Part shown: in pieces, positions 39,006 through 51,422 of the stretch
How the letters are laid out: each line of letters opens with the position of its first letter
Numbering within the stretch: the stretch's first letter is position 1
Assembly: GCA_951406725.2 (NCBI GenBank)
Contig: OX597819.1
Location: 29,512,001-29,576,000 of the forward strand
Source of the DNA: Octopus vulgaris
Lineage: Eukaryota
DNA length: 64,000 bases
Direction: 5' to 3'
Notes under the pieces: generated by a model
What the model was told of the DNA's origin: nothing
Databases searched by the model: none
The model's input: only the letters and a program-made list of their open reading frames with translations
Program-made: the position numbers and the translations under genes

Positions 39006-39495
39006 CTTGTGGAACAAATGCAAAGATTTTTTTGTGAAGTGAAAGCTATTTACTCCAGAGACTTAGTCCACTGGGAAAGTTCAACTGCAACAGATTGTTG
39101 GCAATTAATGTCTATTAATGAATTTATGTTAATTATATTGTACGGTTTCGTTTTTCATTATTTTGTTTAGTACTTAATTCATGTGTTCTACACTAATTAT
39201 AGTAAATGAAGATGCCTACCTAATCAAGCAAGAAGTTCAAAGCTGCAGTAAAATCACTGAAAACCAGAAAGTTATTAGGAGTTAATAACATTACAACATC
39301 CCTGCTAAACTGCGGAAGCATGGGGGAGAGATGGTGACTGATATTTTCACAATTATTTGCAAGCTTATCTTGTCACTTAAAGACTATCACATAATAGTGG
39401 ACAAAAGAACAATGGAATAATAAGGTCATGTAACAAGACACAGCCTTGCAAAAATTCATCCTTCACAGAGGTAAAAAATGGACAGATAACATTAA

Positions 39496-39715
39496 CCCTT
39501 TAGCATTTAAACTGGCCATATCCAGCCCATATATTCCATCTCTTTTACGCACAAACCAGTTAGATCTAACCTCTCACACCTATCCTATAATGTCATCTAA
39601 AAAATGAATAATTACAACATTAAAATCTTGAAGCTGTAAGCTAATGCAAGATTAATTCAAAACAATGTGAATCAATAAGTATTACATTTGATAGAGTAAT
39701 CTGAATGTTAAAGGG
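39496..39715 (+). mobile_element. piggyBac-like MITE
   Basis: TTAA|CCCTTTAGCATT ... AATGTTAAAGGG|TTAA. Confidence 0.85.
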
Positions 39716-39810
39716 TTAAAAATAACAGGTATATGATTAGCAAAGATCCAATGTCTGGCATGTAGCTGTGACAGATGGAGAGGACTGGTGCATAGTATGC
39801 CAGATCAGTA

Positions 39811-40326
39811 CCATAAATCCTCAAGTATAATCCGCATTTTTTTCCCAAAATTTAAAGGTCAAAATCCCTAGTGCATACTATATACAAGGTTAAAAATGAA
39901 AAATATTTTCTAAGCAATGTCTGAGTCTCTATTTGCTGTCCGGCAATGTTTATTCAGACGCGTTTTGTGATATCAGGCGCGAAAATATCTTAAGCTAAGC
40001 CTGAAAGCAATGAAGTCATAAAAGAATCATCCATAACTTGCAGTAAGCAACATTTATTAAACGTTATTACCGTTATTTCTTTATTTTCTGCAAACAAAAT
40101 GCACAAAAAAGCTACACGTTTGCATTATGTTATATATATAATAATAATAATAAAGGATGTTACCGCATACATTTTTACAAACCAAGGACATTATATAGAG
40201 CTCCTTGACTCAAGTTGGAGAAGGGGTGTGTATTATACACAAGGTTTAGGTTTTTCAGAGGTACAGCCCCCTAAAAATCCCCCTGCGTAATATACTCAAG
40301 GGCGGACTATACTCGAGGATTTATGG
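39811..40326. mobile_element. Tc1/mariner-superfamily (pogo/Tc2-like) MITE
   Basis: TA|CCATAAATCCTCAAGTATAATCCGC ... GCGGACTATACTCGAGGATTTATGG|TA. Confidence 0.88.
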
Positions 40327-40894
40327 TACTCCTACAACTCTAGTTTAGAAAAGGATTTTATCTAAAATCCTGCATAAAACGCTTTCTATAGATTTTGAGC
40401 TTATCTTAGATCTTCACTGTAGATAAGAGAACTAGATGCTCCCTATTTTACACTTCATTTTAGATAAGAAAATGAGATGCGTTATATTTCCCAGGTAAAA
40501 AAAAAACTAGATAAGCAGGAGTCTAATCCTGTTATATTTATGCAGGAACAGATCTATCAAACATTTAAAACAAAGTTTGATAACATATTCAATGCAAGGA
40601 GAATTAAAAAGGCAATGTAAAGCAACTGTGCAGTGAGAGGAGTAAGGACATTAGCCAATGCAAACATTATCTTAAGCATTTCGTTATGGGAGACAACTCA
40701 AAGTATGTACAGTCTTACAGTTTCATGAGAAGAGCATACACATTGCTGTACTTATCAAAGCAGTGACAGAAGAATCATGATGTGATATTATGTGCCAAAT
40801 CATGTCATTGTACCTTGGAAGCATCATTTTGCTAATAAAAAGACATGCATTGGTAACATTCTGCTTCTTTTTATTATCATTACTACCACTACTA

Positions 40895-41890
40895 AGGTGG
40901 CAAGCTGGCAAAACTGTTAGCATACTGGGCAAATACTTAGTGACATTTTGTCGGTCTTTATGTTCTGAGTTCAAATTCTGCTGCAGTTGACTTTTCCTTT
41001 CATTCTTTCAGGATCAATAAAATAAGTAGCAGTCAAATACTGGGGTTGATGTGATCTTCCCACTCCCTTCAAAAAAATTAAATTAAAAAAAACTGTTGGT
41101 CCCATGTCAAAATTTGAAGTCATTATTATTACTGCTGGCTTGGTGCCAAAATTTGAAACCATTATTATTATTATTATTATTATCATCACTATTACTATTA
41201 AGGCAGTGAGCTAGCAGTATCGTTAGCACACCTGGCAAACTGCTCAGCAGCATTTTGTCCATCCATACCTTCTGAGTTCAAATTTTTGTGAGGTCGACTT
41301 TGCCTTTCATCCTTTTGGGGTCAATAAATTAAGTACCAGTGAAACACTGAGGTTGATGTAATCGACTTAATCCCCTCCCACAAGCAGCCCTTGTGGCAAA
41401 CATTTGAAATTATCATTATTATTATTATTACTACGGCGGTGAGCTGGCAGAATGATTAAGCATGCTGGGCAAAATGCTTAACAGCATTTCGTTTACCTTT
41501 ACATTCTGAGTTCAAATTCTGCTGAGGTCAACTTTGCTTTTCATCCTTTCAGGGTCAATAAAATAAGTACCAGTTGAACACTGGGTTTGATGTAATCGAC
41601 TAGTCCCCTCCCACAAAATTCCAGGCCTTGTGCCTATGGTAGAAAGGATTACTACTACTACTACTACTGCTACTAAGGCAGCAAGCTGGCAGAACTGTTC
41701 ACACACAGGACAAAATGCTTAGTGGCATTTCTTGTGGCTTTACATTCAGGGTTCAAATGCTACTGAAATCTACTTTATCAATCCCAAAAGAATGACAGGC
41801 AAACTAAGTACCAGATGAGTACTGGTGGTGGTTGTTGATCTAATCAACTTACCCACCCTTCAAAATTGCTGGCCTTGTACCAAAATAAGG
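40895..41890 (+). mobile_element. Array of four direct family B SINE copies separated by (TAT)n/(TAC)n tails
   Basis: Heads at about 40895, 41201, 41434 and 41677. Confidence 0.88.
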
Positions 41891-42789
41891 ATTATTATCA
41901 TCAATCAGCTAGTTAACTAATCAATGGTTTGATCAAAGCTCATTAATTGGTCTATCCAAATACTTTCATCACCATCTGCTACCACATTAACATCACCCTA
42001 CTTCTTTTCTCCACTTCTTATACAAAATTACTTGTTCTTTTCTTCTTAATATCTATAGCCTTTGGATTGTCTGTACATGTGTGCATACATGTGCATGCAT
42101 GTGTGCGTGTGCATACACACATGTGTCTCAATTAAAATGTAACAATAGAAGTTTAGTTGGCAGAGAAAAATAGACTTGTAAGGAGAATAAATAACTGAGT
42201 TTTTGTCAAGAATCTTTTCATGTTATTCAAAGTTTACCAAGATCTGTTGAGATGGTTCTGGCACATTTCCAAATTTCACTGTAATAAATACTGTGTTAAA
42301 AAAAAATTTTATATCTTGAATATCAGCTTCAAAGTGGCTTCATTGTAGTTTTCTTTATCATTCTTTGTTTTGATAATCAGCATATATCACTTTAGCTTTC
42401 AGTATACCAGACACATATTAGTTATTAAAAAAAAAAAAAATCCCATAGCCATCACTCACAAGCAAGTATGACTTGGTAACAAGTACTATGCTATTGCTAA
42501 TTGCTCTAGGTGCCTGAATAGTCACAAACAGACGCATACACCTTCTTGGCTTTCTCACACTTTGACCTAGCAGAACATGAAGCGAGGAGTGAGAGATCTG
42601 TACCAGCGCTAGACCGACACTCACTTTCAGTCAAGTATACTGGAGCAACATGAAATGAAGTGTTTTACTCAAGGATACCTCACATCATCTGATCCTGGAA
42701 ATTAACTCACGACTTTAGAATCATGTATCAAACACCCTAACCACTAGGCTACGTGCCTTCACATAATTTACAATAAATCATGTCTTTTA

Positions 42790-43205
42790 TCTTTTACTTC
42801 TTTCAGACACCAAACTGCAGTCATGCTGGGGCACCAACTTGAAGGGTTTAGCAGAAGAGAACAATCCCAGTACGTTTTTTTTTTTTTTAAAGCTTGAAGC
42901 TTGATATTTATTCTATCAATCTCTCTTGCTGAACTGCTTAGTTATAGGGACGTCAACAAACCAACGCCAGTTGTCAAGCAGTGACTGGGAACAAACATGT
43001 AGACAAAGACACATACACACAGACATATACACATCTATGTGTGACAGGCTTCTTTCAGTTTCTGTCAACCAAATCCACTCATAAGGCTTTGGGCAAGTGT
43101 CTTCTACTATTGCCTGAGGCAATAGCAGAAGCCACTTAACCAAAGTGTCATGCAGTGGGATTGAAACCAAAACCATGTCCTTGGGAAGCAAGCTTCTTAC
43201 TACAC
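42790..43205 (-). mobile_element. Family A SINE with an internal foldback at 43091-43141
   Basis: Matches family A. The internal segment reads GGCAAGTGTCTTCTACTATTGCCT-G-AGGCAATAGCAGAAGCCACTT. Confidence 0.8.
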
Positions 43206-44047
43206 ATCTATCCCTGTCAGAGATGATCAGTGATATAAAGAAGCAGGAACAGGAGTACACTCTGCAGTGAGTTTTATGATTCTATACCTGAAGAATTTGA
43301 CAAAACAAATTTTCAAAAGTTTACTGACAAAATTTTCTTTAAAAATTGTATATTTTGCTGCCCACAACTAGACTACATGAAAGTTTTCTTGCCTGTTAGC
43401 AAAGAAATGGTAAAATCTTCAAATTACACCTTACAGCAACCTAGCCATTTGATAGAAGAGGAGCCCTAATTTGGCTGCTTGGTCTTTCAGAAATAGCAGC
43501 TAAATCTCACTCAAATCACAACCTGCAACAACTAGCTCTTTGAAAGAGGCCATTATGTGGTTATTCACCCTGCTAGTATTAATAGTCAAATCTTATTTAA
43601 ACCACACACTAGCATCTCATAAAAAGACATATTGGGTAAGTTGTTCTGAGTACTTTGTTACTTCAGATGGCATGGTCATGTCTAGAATGAACTCTGATCA
43701 TAATGTCTATCTAACTCACCAGGGCTGAACTAGGACTACAATATAACAACCAATGTATACTTCTTTAACAACTGAACATCCCAATAACAAATTAATATAA
43801 AGTTATCACAGAGCAAAATACAATATCTGCAAAATAATCTGAATAGAAATCCAATACTCTAAATCATTCATCTACCTTGATTTTTATTGTTTATGTTATT
43901 TACTTTTATTTATTGCAATCTACTGTGGAAGAAAGTTCATCTAAATCACAAAACTAATAAAAATAAAATAATGCAAAGATAATGTGGATGTGTGTGTGTG
44001 TGTATATATATACAGACTTATATACACGTGTGTGTACATACGTATGT

Positions 44048-44086
<39 letters not shown>

Positions 44087-44786
44087 TCCAGTATATTTCT
44101 TCATGATGAAGTAGCTCTTGGCACTTAACTGATGGAATAAACAACATAATACCAACATTGGCATAACTTTTGATTATGTTAATCCATCATTTGCATAAAA
44201 ACAATTTTGGTAATTAATAGGTGATTTGGTTTAAGTGGTAAGCTATTTTCATTTTCTAATTACTATTTTGAATTAAGCAAGGTTTAGTTTTACAATAAAT
44301 TATATATGCTTTCCTGATTCTTTGCATATATCGTCGATAAAAAACCCCATTAATCACAGAGTAAAGATTAATGTAATTTTACACCTTATAATGTCCTAAC
44401 ATTTCTAACAAACCTTTCTCAAAGGATTCTTTTAACAATACATACTGAAATATATCATACTAAGGGTGGGATGAAGGTAGTATACTTCTTTTGAATAAAC
44501 TACAAATCATGTAGTTACATAAAAACGGGTCCAAAAGGGTTAATATGATTTAGCATAACACTGTAATTCAATGATAAACAAGAATAAATAAATAGCCAGA
44601 GTTTAAGCTCTGAAACAAATTTTATTTTTAGAGGGAATTTGAGCAATTCTTTTTTGTGCATGTGAAAATATGCAATATTAAAAAAAATTATTTATGAAGA
44701 AACAAAGTCATGGAAAGAGCACTAAACTGAAAAGAGCACTAACTCGAGCAAATTTTATAAATTTAAAACCATCTTAATTTTACCCG

Positions 44787-45096
44787 GGGCACGTAAAAGG
44801 GCACCATTCGAGCGTGATTGTTACCGACGTCGCTTCACTGGCACCTGTGTCGGTGGCACGTGTAAAAAGATTCGAGCGAGGTCATTGCCAGTACTGCCTG
44901 ACTGGCCCCCGTGCAGGTGGCACGTAAAAAGCACCCACTACACTCTCGGAGTGGTTGGTATTAGGAAGGGCATCCTGCTGTAGAAACTCTGCCAGATCAA
45001 GACTGGAGCCTGGTGAACCATCTGGTTGCCAGCCCTCAGTCAAAACCATCCAACCCATGCTAGCATGGAAAACGGATGTTAAACGATGATGATGAT
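44787..45096 (+). mobile_element. Family D retroposon
   Basis: Internal repeat units plus the shared (GAT)n tail. Confidence 0.85.
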
Positions 45097-45879
45097 GGCA
45101 AGACAGTGCCTGTGCCCCAGCATGGTCACAGCCCAATGACTGAAACAAGTAAAAATGATAAAAGATGGGAACTTATTTGGCTCCTTTTCGGGCTCCCTGT
45201 TGTGAGAAACACTTGATTTAAAGTGTTAAAGTAACTACTGTAGAAAGAACTCAGTTAAATTTTTAGAATTCAAACAGCTTTCAGTATTGGTGATAGGTAC
45301 AGCTGTGTAGTGAAGAAGTTTGGTTTGCAACTATGTGATGTTAGGTTTAACTGTTTAGCAATTAAACCATCCATATCCAACCCATCTTGTTTTACGTTCA
45401 AAATTAGCCAGACCACTTGTACCTACCCTACCATGTCATTCTAAAAATAAACAGTCACATCATCAAAATCTCAAAGTTGCAATATAATGCACAATTAATT
45501 TTAAACAATTTGGATGAATAAGTATTACATTTGATAGAAAAAATCTAAATACCAAGGGGTTAATTCCACAGTGCAACATTTTTGGCTAGTATTATGGATA
45601 GCTAACAGGCAGAAACTGCACAAGCCTGTCAAAGTTACCATTCTTATTCTTGTGGGGTAGACTTAATTGGTTTTATTAATTTATAGCATCACCTGGTTCT
45701 TTTGCATGTATCTATGTCCAAGCCCCACCCTTCTAGTGCACGGAAAACTTTCTCCCTTCCACTACTCTTGGAGGCCCTCAAAAAAGAATTATAAGTATTG
45801 CATATCTGACCTACAAGGGTTACAGGTCTTGCATCTCTGAATAAGCCAACCAAAGTACAACTCAAATTTTTTAAACTGC

Positions 45880-46500
45880 TGCTGCTTGTTTCATACTCTT
45901 GTTTGATAGGACTGGGGTTATCCCAGGTTAGTGGTCCCAGAGACCTCATTGAGTATAGAGTCAAGCAGATTCACCCATGCTCCCCATCGCTGGTGGTCCC
46001 ATCCCAGCCTCTCAGCACCTGCCAATATCACATCAACTTCTGGAGATCTTCCTTAATTCTGTCTAGCCATCTGGTGCAGGGCTGGCCACAGGGCTTCTTC
46101 CAACCCACTGCTGCAGCATCAAATGAGACTCAGCCCATTGACACAACCTTTGTCAATCCATCCATCAATGACAACAGTAATTGCCTGCTGCCCCTATGCT
46201 GCTACAACAATCTCTATATTGCTAACACCTGGTTCCCCTGCAAACATATCCATCACTGGACTTGGCACAGTTTGGATGACTACACCCAGAAGGTGATCGA
46301 CGGCATCATCATCACCTCTGCTGGAGGTCATTTGTCCTTAACTGTCAGGTCTACAAAGGAGCTGAAGTTATGAGCAGGCCCTGCCACCAAGTACCAGCCC
46401 TGCTGTGACTCCTCAACATCGTCTCTACACTGGCCAAGGAGATCTTTAAATCAAGTGTCAGCCAGTTTGTGCATGTTCTTGGTAAACCTTTTCCCAAGTG
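45880..46500 (-). pseudogene. RTE-like LINE remnant
   Basis: Minus strand reads GWKKPCGQP..WLDRIKEDL, the same motif class as 17930-18240. Confidence 0.5.
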
Positions 46501-49500
46501 GCCTTGGGTTTCACTGCACATACTAGAGTTTTCTAAACAATAAAATTATTAGAAGTTTATTAAATCAAACCCTTACTTTACTGATATCTAAATTATTGTA
46601 GACCTTTTATCTTTAAATTCACAGGAGTCAGGATTAACAGACTTGTTGGTTACACTTTAGTAGACAACTGAATTACATTAGAAGTCATAAAGAAGAAAAG
46701 GATAAGGATCTTAATTCTCAATAATTAATGAGATTATGAAGAACAGAAATAGAATAAAAAAGATAAAAGGTGCCAATGTTTATTCTGAATTTGCTATACA
46801 TTTGTTTTATTCATCTTTTAATCAAAGGAGAAGGTGGTGCCCATGACACTTAACTAGGCCTCCAAGACTGTTGGGCCAGGGGGATAAAGATATCCTCAAC
46901 GCCCTCAGTCCATGTTATGCATAATGCTTAAGTCCATGTTGTTATGCACAATGCTTTCAGTTTAAGTTGTATATAATATATTCAATTTTGGAAGTCTTCT
47001 TTTTTCCACCTCTGGTAGTAGTGATCTGATTTTGTAAAAGAACTTTCACTGCAATTTCAAAGTTGGTTTAAATAAGGATATAAACCTTTTTTTTTTATTA
47101 TTTGACTATATAATCAATTATGCTGCCCAAAGGGTTTCAATTAATTAATTAGCTGATTGTAGATAGCATCAAGGATAAGATCGCATGAATGATTAGATGA
47201 AAATGAAAAATTCAATGGCTAATAAAATTATCTGGAATGAAGACAATTAGATAGACACTAACATACAAACTTCTGCATATTAAATTGCGCAGATTAAAAA
47301 AGGGAGTCATCATTATGCTAGCAAAAACTGATAACTGGAGTTTTCTTTTGGAGCTGGGAGTGTTATGTATAACTTCTAACAAATACAAAACCATCAATTT
47401 TTACAAGGAGGAAGAAAAAAACATCAACTAAATCTACCCCAGTATTTTTACTGACATTTTCTTGAACCCAGAGGATGAAAAACCAAGTCAAACCTGGTAG
47501 AATATGAAATCAGAACTCAACTAAATGCTACAAGTTTCTATCAATCCTACCATGGATGAATTTTCATTTCAACAGTTAAAAGCAGAGTAAATGTAGCAAC
47601 TGGATTTCATTAAAGAAAGAGAATGAAGGGACCACAAGGTTGCCATATGTCATCATAATACTAATGAAAACTAATATTGGGAGACTATTTTTGAGATATA
47701 ATTTTTAACATGGACACAAAATTTTATTTTTGCATAGAGAGAGAAGACTCATCTAAATTTACACCAGTATTTAACAAAGCTACCATGCAAAATTCCAAGC
47801 AATACTCTTTGGAATACCAAGTGTTTGCAAAATATATTACAAGTTTAGAACATTTGTGTCTTGGTATGAACTTAGATTCTAGTCACTTCTTCATTTAGAG
47901 TCCTCTCCACCCACTTCTCTGTTCTGTTGCTTTTTGTTAAATAGCTCACATAATCAGGCCAGCACTGATGAGTCATAACAATTTCATTTTGCTTATTTCT
48001 TCAGTAAATAGTAAAACACATCAACAGCAATTGCATTTTTTCACCAAAAATCATTTATTTACTCATTAAAGGAAGATTAAAAGCCAAAATATGTTTACTA
48101 CATAATTTTTACAACATGTATATTCATATCTTTTTCATATTAGAAAAAGCTCACTCTTTTTTTTTTTTTTTTATCAGATCCTTCAAAGATATCACGAAAT
48201 CACTCAAATCTTTCACGGATATTTTAATACTCTTCAAGAATACATTCTCCCAATAAATTTTGTTACATACACTACATCCTAGAGTAGTGCCTAAGTGTCC
48301 AATGAGAACAACTTAAAACATCCTTATGAAATGAATACAAATAACAATATAAAATGAAATGCTTATTTTATTGGCTTATCCAGTTTTATTAATGACTTGC
48401 ATGTAAATGAAACCAACAATGAATATTGAGAGATAGGAAATTCACAAAGCGCGAATATCCTTTGCATGGTAGTAAAGTCAGTCAACTGAAATACAATACT
48501 TCAACTTGTACGAGTTGACAGAAGCTTTCTACTACACAAATGTAACCATTGCAGTTGTGATTTAGCTTTCTTAAATTCATTTGTCCAACTATGTCACTGG
48601 AGTTTATTTTATAGGTACCAAAATGATATTAAGCCAAGTTAGTGATATGACTGAAATTCAAAACCATGAAATCCTTCAATTTACAATTTAAGTACTAGTT
48701 TTTCTCTATTAAATGTTAAAGCTTAAAGAATGTTTGATAAGCTAGTTTAATCAACCAACATTCATTTAGCATTGGGTATGACCTTGTTTATTACAAAATT
48801 ATTTTCTTCATTCTCAGTTTTGCAAACAAATTTAATCATGTGTTTCTGATTCAACAAGAAATTAATCATTTTTATTTATCCAGGGTATATAATTTGAAAT
48901 ATCAGTTTGGAAACAAATTTAAAGTTTAGTGGTTAAGAAAATGTGTCTTAACTGGAAAACTTTTTGCATGTTAACCACACTTTACAAAATTTGATTGAAG
49001 TGTGAAATAAAAACTCAATTGGAAATCAAGATTAATCCTATGTTTATTTCCTTGCAACACCAAAACAGTACTAGTTAAAACCTCATGTAAAAATCAAAGT
49101 TATACAAGGAAATAAAACAGTACATAGCTTATAGATTAAAGACAAGTTCAAAACAGTTGAAAGAATTTCTGAACATAAAATAATGGCATAGAAACTATAA
49201 TTCTACAAGCAATGCTGCTGGAGTACATGTTATTAATCAATGCAATTAATAGAAATGTTTCTTTAGAATTCTATAAAAAAGAAAAAAAAATGAAATAAGC
49301 AAAAGAGAAAAAATTCTGATTAAAAATTTAGACATCTGTTACTGGAAAACGTTAGAGTTTCATAAGATGGACTATAAAAGAGCAAAATAATGAGTTTTGA
49401 GTAGCATAAGAAACTATCAGCATGTACTTATTGAGAAGCATAAAAGAATAGAAATGATGTCTGGACTAGATTTATTTTTAGTTTCTTTAATAACAGGAAA

Positions 49501-50385
49501 ATTCTAAGGTGAACAGCTTGCATAACTAATCACCAAAAGGACAGAAATTCAAACCTCAAAACTGACACTATGGTCTTAATAATTATTAACAGTAGTTATT
49601 ATAGTGTTAATTGTAAGTGTCATTCACTAGTACAGAATTCAACTTTTCATTCCTTTTGCCACTACTCTGATAACTTGACATCTCTGGCCCATCTCAAACT
49701 TACACATAAGTGGCTACACAGGAACAGTTATAACATACAGACTTCATTTTTCTTTGTCATCATACTTTTGTTCATCTATTCCCCCCCCCCCCATTTCCCA
49801 AGTCTCTGTCATCACTATCTTCTGAGTTACACTGCTTCTGCCATCACCCTTTTCTCTTAGTCATGTCTTGAATATACATATGTATCTCACATTACCCCTA
49901 ACACTCATTCCTCATTAGTAAATAGGCTGACGAGCAAGAAGAGACATGCAGATTAAAGAGGTCTTTAAACATGTCATGAACATGGCTATCCTTCTAATGC
50001 TGGTGCCATGAAAAATGCACCTCCATAAAGTGATTTATGTTAGGAAGGACATCTAGCCACAGAAACCAAGCCAAAAATGAAATGTAAGTAAGCTGCAGTC
50101 TTCCAAACCACCAAGGTGAACTACCTCACAAATATGTGCTGACTCCAACCATAGCAACCTATTTAGCTCTTAACAGTATGGAAAATGGACATGGGAAGAT
50201 AACAATAATGAAAAAGTTAAACAAACTCTATGGATTCTTTACATTTGAACAACATTATTACATGAAAACATTTATATCTGTAATGAACCAGAATTATGAG
50301 CATCTGGATTTTGTACATACACACACACACGTTTATGAATCTGTGTTGCAAGATTCCTGATGTGAAACCATGTGTTGAAACATAC

Positions 50386-50762
50386 TGTATTTTGAGATGT
50401 TTTTTTTTTTCCTTTGCCAGATAAACACACACACACACATAATAGATTTATTCTTGACTTGTTCATTACTGTTCTTATTCTAACTCATGTCCATTGTCCG
50501 GAAATCTTTCATCATACATTTGTGACCTCTTCAGCAACACTTTCTGTCTTTGTGTGCAAGAGTAAAACTTTCTGTCTTTGTGTGTGCAAGAGCACACACG
50601 AAGGCAAGAAGTGTTGCTGAAGAGGTCACAGATGTGTGACAAAAGATTTCTGGACAATGGAAATGAGGTACACTAAGAACAGTAATAAACAAGTGAAGAA
50701 AAAATCTATAGTGTATGTGTTTACTTAACAGGAGAAAAAAAATTACCATCCCAAAATGTATC
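50386..50762. repeat. Imperfect foldback (about 190-bp arms) carrying a hammerhead-like core in each arm
   Basis: Centre CTTTGTGTGTGC-aaga-GCACACACGAAG. CTGAAGA-GGTCACA..TGTGAC-(A/G)AAAG at 50617 (+) and 50498-50537 (-). Confidence 0.8.
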
Positions 50763-50834
50763 AATATATTTATACTTTGTTTTTGTACCTGGTTTGCAAG
50801 ATTCTTAATGTGAATTCATACGTTGAAACAAATT

Positions 50835-51165
50835 TTGTTGTGTCTAGGGAGAGTCATTATGCCAATATAATTAACATGCACACACACACACACTGGTTCA
50901 ATTCCATTCCTTTAATATTAGTGACTTGATTAAATACCCAGCTAACTCATTTTTTTTTTGTTTGTCAAAGCTCTTTTGTTGCTACATGCAACTACAGCCA
51001 TTGAACATAGTCATTTCATAGCAACGAAAGAGCTTTGACAAACAAAAACAAATTAGTTAGTTGGCTATTTAACCAATTAAATAATAATAAAGAAAAGGAG
51101 CAGAACTGAACTAGTGTATATGTCCAGGTTAATTATATTGGCATAACTCTTCTGAGACACAGCAA
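50835..51165. repeat. Imperfect foldback (about 150-bp arms)
   Basis: TTTGTTTGTCAAAGCTCTTTTGTTGCTA vs TAGCAACGAAAGAGCTTTGACAAACAAA, and TTATGCCAATATAATTAAC vs GTTAATTATATTGGCATAA. Confidence 0.85.
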
Positions 51166-51202
51166 TATATATATCATCATCATCATATATATATATATAT
51201 AT

Positions 51203-51402
51203 AGTTAATCCAAACATGAACAAAGAGAAAATGCAACAACGCGAGGACATGGAACAAGTGTAGTGTTATTGGACACTCAGGAAAGGAAAGAAAGGAGGAT
51301 TTAACGTTTCAAGCAGAGCTCTTCATCAAAAACATAGAAAAGGGAAAGGTCCAAGGAAGGGAAGACGGAGAAAGAAAATTGCCAACGATACACATGTAGT
51401 CA
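51203..51402 (-). mobile_element. Penelope-type short remnant in (TA)n, hammerhead variant at 51300-51332
   Basis: TTT-TTGATGA-A-GAGC tct GCTT-GAAAC-GTT-AAA. Homologous to 59085-59270. Confidence 0.6.
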
Positions 51403-51422
51403 TATATATATATATATACACA

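Noticed and set aside
47962-47990. CTGATGA hammerhead or C-box-like words (also about 1965-1975, 15637 and 54720)
   Set aside because: No properly placed GAAA with closing stems, and no D-box with a terminal stem.
48440-48565. Unique stretch with two small hairpins, possible snoRNA or other structured RNA
   Set aside because: Stems are short and imperfect, and there are no convincing H/ACA or C/D boxes.
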